Shown here one piece after another: positions 10,571-19,013 of a stretch of DNA of 51,901 nt. Position 1 is the first letter of the stretch; each line of letters begins with the position of its first letter. The notes under the pieces are model-generated. The model ran no database searches. It had not been told where the DNA came from and was given only the letters and a program-made list of their open reading frames with translations. The DNA is taken from assembly GCA_045614625.1 (NCBI GenBank), contig JAZLDE010000053.1, positions 1 through 51,901 of the forward strand, written 5' to 3'. This DNA comes from Eubacteriales bacterium (GTDB lineage: Bacteria > Bacillota > Clostridia > Oscillospirales > CAG-272). The translations under genes and the position numbers were made by a program.

Positions 10571-10588
10571 TGGTCTTTTGTTTTGGTG
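10546..10588 (-). terminator. long inverted repeat/terminator downstream of tRNA-Tyr
   Basis: CACCAAAACAAAAGACCACCC-gat-GGGTGGTCTTTTGTTTTGGTG. Confidence 0.7.
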
Positions 10589-10668
10589 GGAGCGGGTGGA
10601 TTCGGACCACCGAAGTCAGTGACAACAGATTTACAGTCTGCCCCCTTTGGCCGCTCGGGAACGCTCCC
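10584..10668 (-). tRNA. tRNA-Tyr (GTA)
   Basis: GGGAGCGTTCCCGAGCGGCCAAAGGGGGCAGACT-GTA-AATCTG, long variable arm, GGTGGTCCGAATCCACC, encoded CCA end. Confidence 0.95.
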
Positions 10669-10690
10669 ATGTTGTTTCACAACGCTATGT

Positions 10691-10719
10691 ATTATACCAA
10701 ATGAAATGCGATTTGTCAA
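10691..10719 (-). promoter_or_regulatory. sigmaA promoter of tRNA-Tyr
   Basis: Perfect TTGACA-17bp-TATAAT on the minus strand. Confidence 0.8.
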
Positions 10720-10848
10720 TACCTTTTTCAAATATTTTTCATCAAATTTTTTATTATTTTTTTGGTATCAAAAAACTGACGAAAGGGTAGACAAAAAGTG
10801 CAAAAAGTGATACAATGTCATCAACAAGACAAACCAAGGAGAATTGTT

Positions 10849-11685
10849 ATGTCGAGAATTATCATTACCTCCGATTTGCATTACTGCGAGCCTGTATGGT
10901 ATGCGGTAACGAGCGAGGACCGTATGGGAAGAATGATCCGCGATCTGCGCGCGGAATATGAAAAAGATCCGTTTGACATGATGCTCATGCTGGGTGACTA
11001 CTCGCTGGATTTTTGGATCTGTCCGCCCTTCGGCTCAGTTCTCAACCGCGGCGTATCCTACACGGAGAAGTTTATGCAGGACGTGTATCCGCACTTGCCT
11101 CCTTGCCCCAAGTACATGATCGCGGGCAATCACGAGCAGTACGGTAACGAAAACTGGAAGCGCATTACGGGACACGAGCGTCGTATGACGGTTCCTTACG
11201 GCGAATATCTGTTTATCCTTCTGGATAATTTTGGGGGAGATCTTGATCCGACCGTCAACAGCGATGGCACATACACCCCCTCCGACCTTGCCTATATCCG
11301 CGAGCAAATGGCATCCTATCCCAATACCAAGGTGTTTCTCTGTGCCCATGAATTTAACATGGAAAAGGAAACGCCCGAGTTTTGCGAACTGCTGAAAACA
11401 GAGGAGCGCATCGTGTGCCTGTTTGCAGGGCATACCCATCTCTCTCATATTATCGACCTTGGTGAGGCGTGCGGCCACAAGTGCCTTATTCGTGACGGCC
11501 AATTCTCCTATTCGCGCGATATTGAGAATAGCCGCTGGGGCTGGCGTGAGCTTTGCTTCAACGATGACGGCAGTGTAACGACGGCCTATATCACCCCTGA
11601 CAGCGATATGCTGTTGAATAACGAGATGAGCCATCACGTCGGCGGCAGACAGGATGCCATGACGTTGATCGAGGCGACCAGATGA
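10849..11685 (+). CDS. cytoplasmic calcineurin-like metallophosphoesterase
   Basis: SDLH, LGD, GNHE, AHE, GHTH. ATG 10849 follows AAGGAG. Confidence 0.85.
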   Translation: MSRIIITSDLHYCEPVWYAVTSEDRMGRMIRDLRAEYEKDPFDMMLMLGDYSLDFWICPPFGSVLNRGVSYTEKFMQDVYPHLPPCPKYMIAGNHEQYGNENWKRITGHERRMTVPYGEYLFILLDNFGGDLDPTVNSDGTYTPSDLAYIREQMASYPNTKVFLCAHEFNMEKETPEFCELLKTEERIVCLFAGHTHLSHIIDLGEACGHKCLIRDGQFSYSRDIENSRWGWRELCFNDDGSVTTAYITPDSDMLLNNEMSHHVGGRQDAMTLIEATR

Positions 11686-12284
11686 AGATGGAAAATCGCG
11701 CGTTGAATGGACGGGTGCGTTTAGCGACCCTTGAAGATGCAGATGAAATTCTGTCTATCTATGCGCCCTATATCGAGCAGACCACAATTTCGTTTGAGTG
11801 GACGATTCCTACAACGGAAGCATTCCGCGCCCGTATGCAGCAATCAATGACTGACTATCCGTATATTGTTTACGAAGAAAACAGTGTCATTCTTGGATAT
11901 GCCTACGCACACCGCGCGTTTGAGCGTTATTCTTACCGATTTTGTGCAGAGTTATCTGTATATATCAGACAAGATGCGCGAGTGCGGGGTATTGGTACCT
12001 TGCTTTACTGCACGCTGATTGATCTGTGCCGCGAGATGGGCGTGAAAACGCTGTATGGCGTGGTTACCAATCCGAATGAAGCGAGCTTTCGTCTGCATGA
12101 ACGGATGGGCTTCGTTCGCGTGGGAAATTTCCCAAATAGTGGGCACAAATTCGATCAATGGATCGATGTGATCTGGTACGCACTCCCGATCGGAGAATAT
12201 GAACCGCACCCACGCGAAATCACACCGTTTTCACAGTTATCAAAAACCTTTGTTAGTCAGACACTTACTAAATATCTAAACTGA
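11682..12284 (+). CDS. GNAT N-acetyltransferase (phosphinothricin acetyltransferase/YncA-like)
   Basis: IYAPYI..TTISFE, ELSVYI..RGIGT, NEASFRLHERMGF, KFDQWIDV. Confidence 0.88.
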   Translation: MKMENRALNGRVRLATLEDADEILSIYAPYIEQTTISFEWTIPTTEAFRARMQQSMTDYPYIVYEENSVILGYAYAHRAFERYSYRFCAELSVYIRQDARVRGIGTLLYCTLIDLCREMGVKTLYGVVTNPNEASFRLHERMGFVRVGNFPNSGHKFDQWIDVIWYALPIGEYEPHPREITPFSQLSKTFVSQTLTKYLN

Positions 12285-12297
12285 AGGAGAAGTTATC

Positions 12298-12957
12298 ATG
12301 TTATTTGAAAAATACGACCGTATCGTTTTCGCAGGAGATTCCGTTACTGATATGAGCAGCAGCAATCCCGTAGGTGAGGGCCTTTTTGATAGCCTTGGCT
12401 TTGGCTACGTCCGCATGGTGGAAAATCTGTTGATGTCCGTCTATCCCGAATACAATATTCGTGTGACTAACTCCGGTATCAGCGGCAACACCAGCCGAGA
12501 TCTTTTGAACCGTTGGGAGCGTGACGTGCTCAATCTCAATCCCGATTGGGTCAGCATCATGATCGGTATCAACGACGTTTGGCGCCAATTTGATACCCCC
12601 GCCATGACGGAGCGTGCCATCACGCCCGCTCAATATGAGCAGAACGTAGAGAATATGATCCTGTCCTTGCAGGGTCGTGTCAAGGGCGTGTTTCTCATGA
12701 CGCCCTATTACATGGAGCCCAATCCCGCCGACACCATGCGCGCCCGCATGGACGAATACGGTGCGGTTTGCAAACGCCTCGCAGAGAAGTACGGCTGTAT
12801 CTTCATTGATCTGCAGGCCATGTTCGACTGCTATTTCAAGCATCAGCATTCTACCTTTATTGCCTGGGACCGCATCCATCCCAATCAGATCGGCGCGATG
12901 CTCATCGCAAGAGAATTTTTGAAGCATTGCGGATTTGATTATAACCACGAGGCGTAA
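12298..12957 (+). CDS. SGNH/GDSL family hydrolase
   Basis: FAGDSVTD, NSGISG, IGINDVW, DRIHP. Confidence 0.9.
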   Translation: MLFEKYDRIVFAGDSVTDMSSSNPVGEGLFDSLGFGYVRMVENLLMSVYPEYNIRVTNSGISGNTSRDLLNRWERDVLNLNPDWVSIMIGINDVWRQFDTPAMTERAITPAQYEQNVENMILSLQGRVKGVFLMTPYYMEPNPADTMRARMDEYGAVCKRLAEKYGCIFIDLQAMFDCYFKHQHSTFIAWDRIHPNQIGAMLIAREFLKHCGFDYNHEA

Positions 12958-12959
12958 AG

Positions 12960-13001
12960 AAAAAACCGTTACAAAGCGAGTAGCTTTGTAACGGTTTTTT
13001 T
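12960..13001. terminator. bidirectional terminator
   Basis: AAAAAACCGTTACAAAGC..GCTTTGTAACGGTTTTTT. Confidence 0.85.
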
Positions 13002-13002
13002 A

Positions 13003-14442
13003 TCAGCACTGCCGCATCAAGCGGATATAAAATTCCGTTGCGCGTTTGATGGTGTCCAAACGGATGCGTTCGTTGTGACCGTGGATGGTTTTACGTTCTT
13101 CGCTTGTCAGATCCATCGCAGAGAAGCGGTAGACGTGATCGGAAAGATCGCGGTAATGGCGGCTGTCCGAGCATTGTACCATCAGATAGGGTGAAACAAT
13201 ACAGCCCTGCCACGTGTTTGCTACGGCCGAGGCAACCTTGTTCCACGCATCACAGTTGATCTGCGAAATGGGGCTGGGGTTGACGTCGTTTCTGACGGTT
13301 AGCGTGATAGCGTCGTCATTGATCGTTTGGCGAATGCGCGCAGTCGCGCTCTCGACGGTGTCCATTGGGTTCAGACGCAAATTGGCCGTCATGGTCGCGC
13401 TGGGCGGAATAACGTTGGGAGCGTTGCTCCCGCTCGCCTGCGTAAAGGCAACAGTCGTGCGAAGCAGCGCGTTAAGCTCGCCGCCACTCTTTTTGCAGAT
13501 CATATCCAGAATGCCCTTGAAGAGCCAAAGATTGGAGAAGATCATGCGATAGACGAAGGTGGAATGACGTCCAAGGGTATCAAACAGCGCCGCGACGGGC
13601 GGTGTCAGATGCAACGGGAAGGGATGATTTTCCATCGCGCAGCAGGCTGCGGATAGTTGACCGACGGGCGTATGAGGCTTGGGAGCCGAGGCGTGACCGC
13701 CGTTCGACTCAACGGAAAAGGTAACGTTCATCATGCCTTTTTCTGCAATGCCGATCATGCCGCAGGGCGTTTTAACGCCGGGGAATACATTCTCGACCAC
13801 AGCACCACCCTCGTCTAAAACAAGCGCCGGAGTAATACCGTTTTCCTTGAAATAATTAACGATATGAAGAGCACCGTCGGCGTTGATCTCCTCGCCGCCG
13901 GAAAAGGCGAAATAAACGTCCTGCGCGGGAACAAAACCTTGCTTGATCAGCGTATTAGCCGAAAACAAAACGCTGCTGAAGGTGATCTTGGTATCGAGCG
14001 AGCCGCGTCCCCACAGCACACCGTTTTCAATGACCCCGTCAAACGGGGGTTTTTGCCAATGCTCCTCGGCCACGGGAACTACGTCATAATGCGCCATCAT
14101 AACAGACGGAGCATCGTGTGCTTTACCTTCCCAACGGAACAGCAGTGCGCGACCGGGAAGTCGCTCAAGTGAGCAGACGCGATATACCTCGGGATAAAGG
14201 GAGGGAAGCAGATCGATCAGCTTTTCAAATTCAGCCTCATCCTCAAGTGAGTGGTCAAAATAGGAAATTGTTTTGCAGCGTAGAAGCTGCTGTAATGCAG
14301 AAACAGCCTCGTCCGCGTCAAATTCAATGCTCTCAGCGTCGGAATTAAACGTTGTTTTTTTAGGCTTAAATGCCGCTGTGCGAATCAGGACAACGGAAAG
14401 AAGCAGGGCTACAAGGCCCAGAAGTACCCAAAGAATCCACAT
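13003..14442 (-). CDS. M20 family metallopeptidase (carboxypeptidase S/PM20D1-like) with N-terminal membrane anchor
   Basis: AHYDVVP, WGRGSLDTK, GEE, VLDEGG, GGHASAP, IHGHNERI. Confidence 0.9.
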   Translation of the reverse strand: MWILWVLLGLVALLLSVVLIRTAAFKPKKTTFNSDAESIEFDADEAVSALQQLLRCKTISYFDHSLEDEAEFEKLIDLLPSLYPEVYRVCSLERLPGRALLFRWEGKAHDAPSVMMAHYDVVPVAEEHWQKPPFDGVIENGVLWGRGSLDTKITFSSVLFSANTLIKQGFVPAQDVYFAFSGGEEINADGALHIVNYFKENGITPALVLDEGGAVVENVFPGVKTPCGMIGIAEKGMMNVTFSVESNGGHASAPKPHTPVGQLSAACCAMENHPFPLHLTPPVAALFDTLGRHSTFVYRMIFSNLWLFKGILDMICKKSGGELNALLRTTVAFTQASGSNAPNVIPPSATMTANLRLNPMDTVESATARIRQTINDDAITLTVRNDVNPSPISQINCDAWNKVASAVANTWQGCIVSPYLMVQCSDSRHYRDLSDHVYRFSAMDLTSEERKTIHGHNERIRLDTIKRATEFYIRLMRQC

Positions 14443-14453
14443 AATTTTACTCC

Positions 14454-15119
14454 TTACAGCATGCCTTTTTTATACATCAGGCGGCTAATACCGACCGTGA
14501 ACAGAACACTGACGGGAACCATGATACCAACCGTACCTTCATTCAATGCAGGGACGAAAATGAACAAAATCAGCATCAAAATGACAGGAGCGACGGCGAT
14601 CTTCCAGTTACGCGAAACAAAGACGACACCAAGACCGCCAAATAGTGCAGGGATCATCTGATCAAAGGCAGGGGTTAGAACGGGAGACTCCAAGAGAGGT
14701 GTCAGCGGAACGATCAGCAGAACGCCGATAATGATAATAATAGTGGTTACGATACTGGAAACTGCGATGGCAATGGTAGATACGACCTCGCCCTCGTCGG
14801 AGTTTGCTTTGACGCCTGCTTGCTCAAGTGCTCCAAGTGCACAAGGGAGCTTGAGGTTGGAAATATTACCTGTAACAAAGGACAGATACGATCCACCTGC
14901 ACCCAGCATAGGAATGTAGGTAAAGGTTTCAACGACGCCAACTGCCCAGTACATGGGAGCGGTTGCAATCAGACCCATCAGAAGCCCTTGCCAGTCGGGC
15001 ATCGCATGAAAGAGCAGGGCAATAATGACAGGAAACGCCATCATTAAAACCATCATGGAAAGATTCCACGTCGTACCCCAGCGATGAACTTTATCCATAT
15101 AAGTCATTTCTTGTTTCAT
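14454..15119 (-). CDS. conserved membrane protein, DUF5058-associated partner
   Basis: Multi-TM, LGAGGSYLSFVTGNISNLKLPCA. Its start overlaps the upstream stop. Confidence 0.75.
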   Translation of the reverse strand: MKQEMTYMDKVHRWGTTWNLSMMVLMMAFPVIIALLFHAMPDWQGLLMGLIATAPMYWAVGVVETFTYIPMLGAGGSYLSFVTGNISNLKLPCALGALEQAGVKANSDEGEVVSTIAIAVSSIVTTIIIIIGVLLIVPLTPLLESPVLTPAFDQMIPALFGGLGVVFVSRNWKIAVAPVILMLILFIFVPALNEGTVGIMVPVSVLFTVGISRLMYKKGML

Positions 15120-15946
15120 TATACTGTTACCTCCCCACCAAAGAGTGCGACAAAGGGAATCGCGCTTGCCATGCCGATCAGCAGACTGATGGGCAAAGCA
15201 TAGTCCGAAAGCCAGCCGGCCTTTTTCAGCTTCTTGGACATAAGACCAAGGATCATCATAACAACTGCCGAAACTGCCATAACGCAGACGGGAACAAGTC
15301 CCGAGGTGTTGGTGTAATAAAAGCTCTTTTCAACCTTGTCGCCGTTTTCCGTTACAGATTTGATGACGTGAACAAGCCCGTTTTCATCGCCTGACCAAAG
15401 ACGAGCAACATCGCAGAAAACGAAGCCGACGAAAGCAGAGATCATGCCAATGAACATGGAGGACGAAAATAGATCTGCCCATTTTTTGTCGCGCTTTTCC
15501 AGCGACACCATACCGTTTTGCAGTTTTTTGCAAACGGCGGGAACCAGCCAAATGCCAACCATGATTGAAATTGTCATGACCAGTGCAATGGTCACGTATT
15601 GAGATGCGTTGGGAGCCGCACTTCCAAGTAGGCCCATGGCATTCGAGGTGTTTTCAGCCGCGATGGCCTCATAGGAAAGCGAGCCGACAACACTCAAGCG
15701 GAGCCAGGGAAGCGCAAGCCCCAGCTTTTTGGAAAGAGCCAGTATGCTAATAACGATGGCAACGGCAGGAGCGATGGTAAAAATCGCCGCCGTGGTCGAA
15801 ATCTTGCGTAGCTTTTTCTTGTCCATACCAAGAGCTATGCCGCGTTTCCATGCTTTGATCAAAAAAAAGATCGACTGTGCCAGCACCGCAGCGATAATAA
15901 TGCCTGCCAGTACGAACAGTATTGGATGGTTTGTATAAAACTCCAT
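15119..15946 (-). CDS. DUF5058 family membrane protein
   Basis: LAQSIFFLIKAWKRG..LGMD, PWLRLSVVGSLSYE. ATG 15946 follows AAAGGAG. Confidence 0.8.
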   Translation of the reverse strand: MEFYTNHPILFVLAGIIIAAVLAQSIFFLIKAWKRGIALGMDKKKLRKISTTAAIFTIAPAVAIVISILALSKKLGLALPWLRLSVVGSLSYEAIAAENTSNAMGLLGSAAPNASQYVTIALVMTISIMVGIWLVPAVCKKLQNGMVSLEKRDKKWADLFSSSMFIGMISAFVGFVFCDVARLWSGDENGLVHVIKSVTENGDKVEKSFYYTNTSGLVPVCVMAVSAVVMMILGLMSKKLKKAGWLSDYALPISLLIGMASAIPFVALFGGEVTV

Positions 15947-15975
15947 AGTAATTTCTCCTTTGCTGTGGCTTATCA

Positions 15976-16016
15976 AAACCCCCGCCGCTCAGGTATTATT
16001 CTTGGCGGCGGGGGTA
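15976..16016 (-). terminator. GC-rich hairpin after the mannosidase gene (possibly a leaky terminator)
   Basis: CCCCGCCGC..GCGGCGGGG followed by TTTTG on the minus strand. Confidence 0.55.
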
Positions 16017-16048
16017 AAACTTTTGAATTCTGTTACGCTCGGTCAGCT

Positions 16049-18877
16049 TTATGATTTGTTAAGAGCAACCTTGATGGTCTGGGTAGCGTAAGCATCGATG
16101 CTGAAGATCATGGTGCGGTTGCCTTCCATCATAACGGGAGCTTGCTCGTTTTCGTTCAGATCAACGTAGTAAGCGGATGCGATATCCACGGGCAACGTAA
16201 TGTTGGTTACCTTCATCTCGTCGGTACGGTTATAGAATCGCAGGATGAGCGAGCCGTCCTCGGTCACGCAAACGCTCGAGGGGCTGATGCCCTTGATATC
16301 GCTGACGGTGAACATGGAGCCTGTCATCGGCAAGGATCCCTTATGAGGCTTGCCGGATACTGGGATAAGCTCGTGATCGTAGCAGTCGCCAAGCATTTGC
16401 GCTTCCTCCCCGTTTCTGACAACAGCGATGGCAGCGTGAACATGATGCGTTGTCATCTCCGGATAGAGATCGGGATAGAAGGATGCGTGCAGCAGCGAAA
16501 GTTCACCGCGCTGATTCCAGCCCTGGAAGCCATATTTGGTATCGGACATGATCTGGAGATAAGCAGGATGACCGCCTTCGGCAGGGAGCAGCTCCATACG
16601 GCCAATGGAAGGCACGTCATTGGCAAATTCCTCGCGAACGATGACACCATTGGCGATCTCATAGCGATACGCGCCAATATTGTATGCGGCAGGTGTGCTG
16701 AAGGTCAGCAAGACCTGATCGTCGTTGTTACCCGTTTCCAACCAGTTGATTCTCATATCGTAGTCGATCAAACGGCTGCCGGCGTTCAAACGAACGGTCA
16801 CGGACATATTCGAGCGAGTGCCGAAGGGCATTTCGTAGGAGAACCAATGAGAAAGACCGCCGCGGGCATAGTTGGAAACGTGAACGCGATTATCTTCGTT
16901 GAGGATCTCGGTCTTTTGCGCCGGACCACGCGTCCATGCGCTATGTCCAAAGCGAGGATTCTCGTGAACCAGACGGAATTGACCGCCACTACGATCGCCT
17001 GCGGGAAGCATTTCGGTATTACTTTCTTTATCGATCAACGAAACCAGCGTGCAGGTCTGGGCGTCAAATTCAGCACGGATATACTCGTTTTCCAGTACCA
17101 TGTTCTGATCACCAAAGGTATCTTGACGGCGACCGTTGATGGGCGGCAGATTGAAGGCGTTGGGATTTACGGTTTCTTTTTGCTTGAGGATGACCGTTTG
17201 GTAGCCGAACGCGGGAACCTTGACGCGCATCAGAAGCGTTGCGTAGGCATTATGGAAATGGCGCTTTCCGTTATCAAGGATCTGTACGGGGACGGGCGTG
17301 CCGTCGTGCGTGTGTGCCTCTATGTTACCAACGTCAGCCGGGTAGTCCCAAAGGAGAACCGTCGCGGTCTCATCTCGCTCATAGGCGGTGGTGTTGACCA
17401 GATGCAGAATACGAACACTGCCGTGTCCGCGCTCGGCTACGGCGATAGCAAAGGAGTGATCCTTATTGTTCAAGAAGCCTGCGCCTGAACCCTCAGAACG
17501 AACCATGGCGTTATCATCGTAGGGGATGCCCTCGGTATCGATGGCATCGGATAGACCGCGCAGGGCCTCAATGGAAGCCGAGTTGGTGTAGCCGATCGTC
17601 TCCTGGAAGCGACCCATAGCATCCTCGCGTGTGTCAACGACACAGGAGCCGGGAAGGATATCGTGGAATTGGTTGAACAATGTGTTGGTCCAAGCCTTGG
17701 TGAAATTGATCTGAGGCAACTTGCCCGTCAAGGCTGCCGTTTGTGCTGCCAGCATTTCCGCGTCGTACAGACGAGTCTCGGCCTTGCGGTTTGCCATCTT
17801 GATTCGCCCTTGAGAGGTGTAGCAGCCTGCAAATACAAAATTGATCTCGCCGACGTGAACAGGAAGGGTATCACGGACGGACTCCAGATATTTAAAGTAA
17901 GTATCATAGCGGCTGAACTTGAGGGTAGGATACAACGGCCAGGTCATCATATCCGTGATTTTTTCAAGGTCAATGCGAGTAGGTCCGCCACCGTGGTCGC
18001 CGACACCGTAGACTTTAAGGAATTGATCCATTGTGCCATCACCAAACGTTGCGCCGATTTGAGGATAGTAAGCAAAGGCACGGTAATCAACACCGCACTG
18101 ATACCAGCTGGGATCGCTATAGGCGATGACTTCCTTACCCGAGGGAGATTGCCAACGGTACGGACCACGAGGATTGCATCCACGGCAATGGTAGTAGTAA
18201 TCGACGCCGCCGTCCTGCAGAATCTCGGGAACGGTAGCTGCATGACCGAATGTATCAGGCTCGTAGTCCAGGCAAAGCGTGTCGGGATCAATATCGAACA
18301 GCTCGGACAGATACTTTTTGGTGTAAGAAATATGACGGCAGAGAGATTCGCCGTTAGGCATGTTCTTGTCGCACTCAACCCAAGAGGTAGCCGCCAATTC
18401 CCAGCGGCCTTCCTTGACTCTTTGCTTGATTTCGGTAAGTTGTGCAGGATCGTACTTCTCAACGATCTCGTAGACGGATGCCTGCGATTGAGAATATGTA
18501 AAGTCGGGATATTCCTTCATCAAGTCGAGCATAGTGCGGAAGGTTTCGGTAGTAATCGAAACGGTTTCCTGATATCCCCACTGATAGTTCATGTCGATAT
18601 GCGCGTGAGCAACACAGTGAACGGTAATGGATTTTGCCTCATCAGACAGATCGGCAAGTGCTGTTTCCACATTCTCGCAATCCTCGCGAATGATGGCACC
18701 GTTATCACGGACGCAATCCAAAAGATAGGTCATTGCGCGATCGAGCTTGTCCTCCCAGCCAAGATTGCGAGCACGATTGAGATGGTACAGATACATCAGC
18801 TCGGAAAAAATGCGGTCAGCATAAGGATTGGCGCGGCTGCAGCCCTCCAAAGCCTTGAGTTTTGTGGATAATTCCAT
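16049..18877 (-). CDS. alpha-mannosidase, glycoside hydrolase family 38
   Basis: HAHIDMNYQW, YEPDTFGH, YGVGDHGGGPT, NQFHDILPGS. No signal peptide. Confidence 0.9.
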   Translation of the reverse strand: MELSTKLKALEGCSRANPYADRIFSELMYLYHLNRARNLGWEDKLDRAMTYLLDCVRDNGAIIREDCENVETALADLSDEAKSITVHCVAHAHIDMNYQWGYQETVSITTETFRTMLDLMKEYPDFTYSQSQASVYEIVEKYDPAQLTEIKQRVKEGRWELAATSWVECDKNMPNGESLCRHISYTKKYLSELFDIDPDTLCLDYEPDTFGHAATVPEILQDGGVDYYYHCRGCNPRGPYRWQSPSGKEVIAYSDPSWYQCGVDYRAFAYYPQIGATFGDGTMDQFLKVYGVGDHGGGPTRIDLEKITDMMTWPLYPTLKFSRYDTYFKYLESVRDTLPVHVGEINFVFAGCYTSQGRIKMANRKAETRLYDAEMLAAQTAALTGKLPQINFTKAWTNTLFNQFHDILPGSCVVDTREDAMGRFQETIGYTNSASIEALRGLSDAIDTEGIPYDDNAMVRSEGSGAGFLNNKDHSFAIAVAERGHGSVRILHLVNTTAYERDETATVLLWDYPADVGNIEAHTHDGTPVPVQILDNGKRHFHNAYATLLMRVKVPAFGYQTVILKQKETVNPNAFNLPPINGRRQDTFGDQNMVLENEYIRAEFDAQTCTLVSLIDKESNTEMLPAGDRSGGQFRLVHENPRFGHSAWTRGPAQKTEILNEDNRVHVSNYARGGLSHWFSYEMPFGTRSNMSVTVRLNAGSRLIDYDMRINWLETGNNDDQVLLTFSTPAAYNIGAYRYEIANGVIVREEFANDVPSIGRMELLPAEGGHPAYLQIMSDTKYGFQGWNQRGELSLLHASFYPDLYPEMTTHHVHAAIAVVRNGEEAQMLGDCYDHELIPVSGKPHKGSLPMTGSMFTVSDIKGISPSSVCVTEDGSLILRFYNRTDEMKVTNITLPVDIASAYYVDLNENEQAPVMMEGNRTMIFSIDAYATQTIKVALNKS

Positions 18878-18975
18878 AAAGGTTAGATCCTTTCTTAAAT
18901 AGAGTTGGTTATATTATATCATACCTTTTGAAAATTTGGAAGAGGAATGCTAAAATTTAATGCAAAAAAACAGTA

Positions 18976-19012
18976 AAAACACCTGCCATTTTCATTGAAT
19001 AGCAGGTGTTTT
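18976..19012 (-). terminator. intrinsic terminator after the MATE gene
   Basis: AAAACACCTGC..GCAGGTGTTTT. Confidence 0.7.
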
Positions 19013-19013
19013 C

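Noticed and set aside
10230-10612. Repeat region as a CRISPR array
   Set aside because: The sequences between the 15-bp repeats are near-identical rather than unique spacers, the period is 177 bp, and there are no cas genes
10771-10786. 16-bp identity AAAAACTGACGAAAGG with 50691-50706, and a CTGANGA hammerhead-like core
   Set aside because: One A-rich match of this length in 52 kb is plausible by chance, and hammerhead stems cannot be formed
10091-10810. Short ORFs across the repeat and tRNA-Tyr
   Set aside because: They are translations of structured RNA and repeat sequence with no convincing RBS or protein features
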